Positions 34,195-40,698 of a stretch of DNA of 40,698 bases are shown in pieces (within the stretch, counting starts at the first letter, position 1; each line of letters begins with the position of its first letter). The translations under genes and the position numbers were made by a program. The stretch comes from Octopus bimaculoides. Its lineage: Eukaryota. The stretch spans positions 47,917,119 through 47,957,816 of the forward strand of contig NC_068983.1 of the NCBI RefSeq assembly GCF_001194135.2. The letters are read 5' to 3'. The notes under the pieces were generated by a model. It searched no databases. It was not told the origin of the DNA and saw nothing but the letters and a program-made list of their open reading frames with translations.

Positions 34195-35062
34195 NNNNNN
34201 NNNNNNNNNNNNNNNNNNNNNNNNNNNNNNNNNNNNNNNNNNNNNNNNNNNNNNNNNNNNNNNNNNNNNNNNNNNNNNNNNNNNNNNNNNNNNNNNNNNN
34301 NNNNNNNNNNNNNNNNNNNNNNNNNNNNNNNNNNNNNNNNNNNNNNNNNNNNNNNNNNNNNNNNNNNNNNNNNNNNNNNNNNNNNNNNNNNNNNNNNNNN
34401 NNNNNNNNNNNNNNNNNNNNNNNNNNNNNNNNNNNNNNNNNNNNNNNNNNNNNNNNNNNNNNNNNNNNNNNNNNNNNNNNNNNNNNNNNNNNNNNNNNNN
34501 NNNNNNNNNNNNNNNNNNNNNNNNNNNNNNNNNNNNNNNNNNNNNNNNNNNNNNNNNNNNNNNNNNNNNNNNNNNNNNNNNNNNNNNNNNNNNNNNNNNN
34601 NNNNNNNNNNNNNNNNNNNNNNNNNNNNNNNNNNCGTGTATGTGTGTGTGTGTATGCGTGTGTGTGTGTATAGCTATGAGCATAGATGCATGGTATATAA
34701 TTATATACATTATATATGATATATATTTGATATACGTATACATAGAAAAGCTGGAAAGATAATTAAATATATCAAAATAATACTACAGAACAATGAACCT
34801 TTCATAAAATTCATAAACAAATACAGAAATGAATAAACAAATAAATATAGTTGCCCCCCTCCCCACTCCAACAGAAAAGAATTACTAACTGAAGAAATTA
34901 ATACAAGAAAGAAGAAAATCCTCATTAGAGACATTTTCTTTATCGTTCAATACTCCAGATGCGAATAAAAACGTGATACCTATACAGATTAAACAATTAA
35001 AAGAAGACGACTATTTAAGTGATGAGGACTTCGTTTCCTTTTCGGCTAATTACGTACACACA

Positions 35063-35113
<51 letters not shown>

Positions 35114-35710
35114 ACATAGACACAGACACACACACATACACACACATATATATATAATACACACACACACACACATANNNNNNNNNNNNNNNNNNNNNNN
35201 NNNNNNNNNNNNNNNNNNNNNNNNNNNNNNNNNNNNNNNNNNNNNNNNNNNNNNNNNNNNNNNNNNNNNNNNNNNNNNNNNNNNNNNNNNNNNNNNNNNN
35301 NNNNNNNNNNNNNNNNNNNNNNNNNNNNNNNNNNNNNNNNNNNNNNNNNNNNNNNNNNNNNNNNNNNNNNNNNNNNNNNNNNNNNNNNNNNNNNNNNNNN
35401 NNNNNNNNNNNNNNNNNNNNNNNNNNNNNNNNNNNNNNNNNNNNNNNNNNNNNNNNNNNNNNNNNNNNNNNNNNNNNNNNNNNNNNNNNNNNNNNNNNNN
35501 NNNNNNNNNNNNNNNNNNNNNNNNNNNNNNNNNNNNNNNNNNNNNNNNNNNNNNNNNNNNNNNNNNNNNNNNNNNNNNNNNNNNNNNNNNNNNNNNNNNN
35601 NNNNNNNNNNNNNNNNNNNNNNNNNNNNNNNNNNNNNNNNNNNNNNNNNNNNNNNNTATATATATATATATATATATGTATGTGTATATATATGTATGTA
35701 TGCATGTGTG

Positions 35711-35765
<55 letters not shown>

Positions 35766-36289
35766 ATATACATATCTATGCTGCTCTGTTTCTCTGTTTT
35801 GGGAAGTGAATCTAATAGAATCAATAATTGACTACAATAATGGTCGTCGCAAAAATGACAATTAATAAATTAAAGAAAGAAGAAAAAAAAACAATTAAAA
35901 GAAAGAAGGCCAACGAGAACAACATGATTAAAACAATAACAACAATAACAATAACAACAACAACAATAACAGCGACAAAAAACAAAAAGAACAAATGAGA
36001 GAGTGAAAATTTACAAAGGAATAAAATAACTGATAGCTAAACAGATTGATTTGAATGGAAACTGATTTCAAAGCAACTCATTATTGAGTGTCTTTTCGCT
36101 TCTGTTTTATTTATTTAGTTTTGCAGTTCGTTAATGAGGATTTTGGTCTATTTATTTACGGTACTGCGTTGTCGTTGCTTGACAGTCAAGGAGTGTTTAT
36201 AGTATAGCAATATATTTCTCATCCAGTAGATTACATCTGTCAATGAACGTTCGATCCATACGTATAAAGCAGGAACGTGTAAACAAATG

Positions 36290-36440
36290 CGAAGGCGTGT
36301 GGTTTATCGGCTTAGGTGTTGCACTCATCATCGCAAGGTCGTTGTTTCGATTTTCGGATTTGGTGATGCGTTCCTTTCTTGAACAAAATCATATCAGTTC
36401 ACATTGGTTAAGTCCACTCAGCTGTAAATGACCCCTGGGG
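36290..36440 (+). mobile_element. Degraded SINE family E head and core
   Basis: gaaggcgtgtgg...gtttcgatt...cttgaacaa...gtccactcagctg. Confidence 0.6.
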
Positions 36441-36763
36441 TTTCATTCAAGAATAATGTTGTGATCTCGGTCACTTATACGCTATGCAAAACAGGTGATT
36501 GGCCACATGAATTCAAGGACTCGAGACAATAATGATGAATGGTTACCTCTAAGATTTTGCAACCCGCCCCCCCCCTTATTTTTTTGCAAACAAGCTTATA
36601 CATGAGCCACTGTGCAGTGCTCAGTGTGCACGTCAATAAAGAAGCCTCGCTTTGATTGCATGACCTGCGATAATGTCATTTACGGAGCCAAATTTCTTTC
36701 AAAGACTCCATACTATCTTTCAGAACAATGACAAAAAACCCGAAGTATATATTTCTATTTCAA

Positions 36764-36942
36764 ATTCTGACACAAAGCCAGCAATTTCGAGGGAATAGGT
36801 GAATCGATTATGTCGCTTCCAGTGCTCAACTGGTGCTTATTTTATCGACCCCGAAAATATGAAAAGAAAAAATGACCTCAGTGGTATTGAACTGAGAAAT
36901 TGGAATAAATGTTGCTTAACGATTCTGCCAGCTCGCTGCCTT
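36764..36942 (-). mobile_element. Degraded SINE family B
   Basis: cagtgctcaactggtgcttattttatcgaccccgaaa...aacgattctgccagctcgctgcc. Confidence 0.75.
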
Positions 36943-36967
36943 TACGAATTACATATATTACATATGT

Positions 36968-37272
36968 GAAGGCGCGTGGCTGATTGGGTAGTGTATTCCA
37001 ATCACGACCATAAGGTCGTGAGCTCGATTCCTGGCGGCGCGTTGTGTCTTCAGCTCCTTGAGCAAGCCACATTATTCCACACTGGCCCAGTCCACTAAGC
37101 TGATTAGAATGTGTTGTCACATTCTGTGTTACATTGAATCTCCCTAGGAACTACGTTAAAGTTATGCGGGTTTATGGAGTCCTCAGCCACTTGCACATTA
37201 ATTCCAACCCAGAAGAGGTTGTTCTGTTGGTCGGTTCGTCAGGCACACTCATCGGCGTAACCGACGGAGAAC
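36968..37272 (+). mobile_element. SINE with family E head and core plus the family D tail
   Basis: 37117-37272 (tgtcacattctgtgttacattgaatctcc..aactacgttaa...ctcagccacttgcacattaatt) aligns with the reverse complement of 9941-10105. Confidence 0.8.
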
Positions 37273-38008
37273 CAGTTATTTATATCGCATAACTATAAGT
37301 ACAATTAGCTGTTTTTCCTCAGGTGACAATGGCTTGACATCATGCCCTATGCTTTCACAAATTGGTTTTAATGTCTATCTTATTGTTAGCAGACATGGAT
37401 ATCCACTCCACCGGTGTTATTCTACACTTTGTGGAACATCCAGGATGCGACAGTTGGAGACAGAGAGGACAGCTGGATCTAATTACAGCTTAGTGTGTCG
37501 GAACAACAAGAAATAAAACGCTCTGCTGAAGCACACATCACGGCACCAGGAATTAAAATGACAACATTGTAGCCATGAAAACGAGCACCATAACTTCAAT
37601 GTAACGCGCCATGCAATTCTAATTACGCCAAGTCGAGGAAACAAGTGCATATTATCCTTCCTGGAACAGATATGATCATATATCTGCTTAATCAAGCTAA
37701 TAGCATATTACTAAGTGACAAGTATATGGACAACAAAGTTTCGTTCACTGCTGAAACAGCTGTAAGACTTTATCCATAAAATATAATTCTAACTTTGCCA
37801 TTTGTCTCTTTATCCTTTTCTTTCTTTATACATACACACGCTAATACACGACCTATGTTATATTCCCCACTCATGTTGATTTTATATATATANNNNNNNN
37901 NNNNNNNNNNNNNNNNNNNNNNNNNNNNNNNNNNNNNNNNNNNNNNNNNNNNNNNNNNNNNNNNNNNNNNNNNNNNNNNNNNNNNNNNNNNNNNNNNNNN
38001 NNNNNNNN

Positions 38009-38103
<95 letters not shown>

Positions 38104-38701
38104 ATATTTTTTAAGGGAGGGGGAGAGAATGTACGTGTGTGTGTGTGGTGTGTACAATGCTACAGTCCGTTGTAGAGCAACCAAAGAACACTTTATTTAT
38201 AAGATAACGGAGCAGCCAGTTGAATAGAGACCATCCTACTCCGAAGTATCTTATACGGAAAATATAAGCGAATATTTCAATATATTTGTCATGAGTGGAT
38301 GAATGGATCACTGCAGAAGACTATCAGCTCTGTGTATATCGTTACTTTCTGCTTATATAACTTGTAGTAAGCTTCGGTGGGGAGGCAATAAGCTTCTTAC
38401 GTACCCAAAAGATAACGTAATTTGAATCCCCTGTAAAATCCACTTCATTTTACTTATGCAATTAATAATGATGGGATAAGGTAAGAATACAACAGATCCA
38501 TATCCCCCACATATCTCTCATGTGGTGCATTCGTGCGTAGTGTAGAGTAATATTAAAATCATGGAGATTAAATGTGATTACTATTAATATATCGGTTAGT
38601 TTTACGAGAAGTGAAAGAGTACAGTCAGAAATGGAATCTGTATAAGGTGACTGGTGTAACGGAGGGTTTCCCACGGTATACAAGCGTATCTATAGAAGCA
38701 A

Positions 38702-39030
<329 letters not shown>

Positions 39031-39524
39031 TGCGCGCGGATGAGTACATGTGTCTGTGACAGTGCGTGTCTGTGTATATGCGGCTGTATGTCTGTGTACC
39101 TATGCGTGCGTCTGTGTGTTTTTATGGCAACAATACCAATGAGCCTCTGCTATGCTTCCTTGTCGATCGATATCAATTAGAGAAGATATCAGTATTCTCA
39201 TATCTCACGGTGATATCTACTCGGACATACGCTGTGGATCCAATGCTATAGATACCTAAATGCAGATATTAATATATATTAGAGCCAGTACACTTCCATA
39301 GAAATGTTTCAGAACAATCTTATAATTCACTATAAAGCCATACACAAATCCACATATTATACACAGAGATATATGAACATATCGCCATGTATATTTGTAG
39401 CTGCGTCATGTCCTTCTTCTCTATATCTCCCTCGCTCTGTTTCTAGCTCTATCTCTCTACTTATATACAGAGTGTATGTATGTGTGTGTGTTTTCTGTGT
39501 ACATATAATATATAGCACACATTC

Positions 39525-39569
<45 letters not shown>

Positions 39570-40094
39570 GTGTGTNNNNNNNNNNNNNNNNNNNNNNNNN
39601 NNNNNNNNNNNNNNNNNNNNNNNNNNNNNNNNNNNNNNNNNNNNNNNNNNNNNNNNNNNNNNNNNNNNNNNNNNNNNNNNNNNNNNNNNNNNNNNNNNNN
39701 NNNNNNNNNNNNNNNNNNNNNNNNNNNNNNNNNNNNNNNNNNNNNNNNNNNNNNNNNNNNNNNNNNNNNNNNNNNNNNNNNNNNNNNNNNNNNNNNNNNN
39801 NNNNNNNNNNNNNNNNNNNNNNNNNNNNNNNNNNNNNNNNNNNNNNNNNNNNNNNNNNNNNNNNNNNNNNNNNNNNNNNNNNNNNNNNNNNNNNNNNNNN
39901 NNNNNNNNNNNNNNNNNNNNNNNNNNNNNNNNNNNNNNNNNNNNNNNNNNNNNNNNNNNNNNNNNNNNNNNNNNNNNNNNNNNNNNNNNNNNNNNNNNNN
40001 NNNNNNNNNNNNNNNNNNNNNNNNNNNNNNNNNNNNNNNNNNNNNNNNNNNNNNNNNNNNNNNNNNNNNNNNNNNNNNNNNNNNNNNNNNNNNN

Positions 40095-40131
<37 letters not shown>

Positions 40132-40578
40132 GTCTGTCTATCTGATATCTATCCACCCATCCATCCAAGAACACACACGCACGCACACAGAAACACACAT
40201 GCACATCCACACACATACACACAGCTGCACATGCGCACACGCGCACGCACACTCGTACACATAATATATATATATGTATTAGCATTCAGCTGTGAATAAA
40301 ATAAAGATTTAGATCTGGGAATAAAAATGAGAGTAAACCTCTCAATTCCGTTATTCTATATATCATATTACTAATACATGATTATCTCTCTTTGGTTCAG
40401 CAGAATGATGGTAGATTACCATTAGGATAGTCTACAAGCAGATATCAATGCTTAGCTCCATGTTTTGGGTTGCTGCACTATAGTGCATAGGATAATACTT
40501 TGCGAAAAACTAGATGTAGCGAATCACTAGCCCAGAACGACGTCAATTCCATTATAAATCTTTTTTTATGCACGTATG

Positions 40579-40651
<73 letters not shown>

Positions 40652-40657
40652 ATATAC

Positions 40658-40698
<41 letters not shown>

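Noticed and set aside
37323-37516. Possible plus-strand terminal exon after tttttcctcag
   Set aside because: The peptide is unrecognisable and no linked upstream exon was found; insufficient support.

Overview
AT-rich eukaryotic (animal) genomic scaffold, rich in microsatellites and repeats, with 13 N-gaps that nearly all abut microsatellites. The SINE families and repeat landscape suggest an octopod cephalopod, probably Octopus sp. (inference from recalled repeat families; not checked by search). Most listed ORFs are microsatellite or N artefacts. Host coding content is small: the terminal coding exon of a FAM167 (DUF3259)-family gene (235-489), a candidate two-exon 151-aa orphan gene (15639-16054 + 16712-16751), and weaker exon candidates. 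The rest is a nested transposon archive. It holds several tRNA-derived SINE families with shuffled heads, cores and tails; a full-length fossil cecropia-type mariner; a Tc1/mariner deletion derivative; a MITE; CR1 and RTE RT fragments; an R4/Dong-like endonuclease fragment sitting between (TACA)n tracts; and Penelope-like ends carrying hammerhead-ribozyme motifs. The best non-coding leads are a well-formed minimal hammerhead at 25637-25682 and a tRNA-like cloverleaf on an extended stem at 3358-3481. No CRISPR, rRNA or prokaryotic features are supported.
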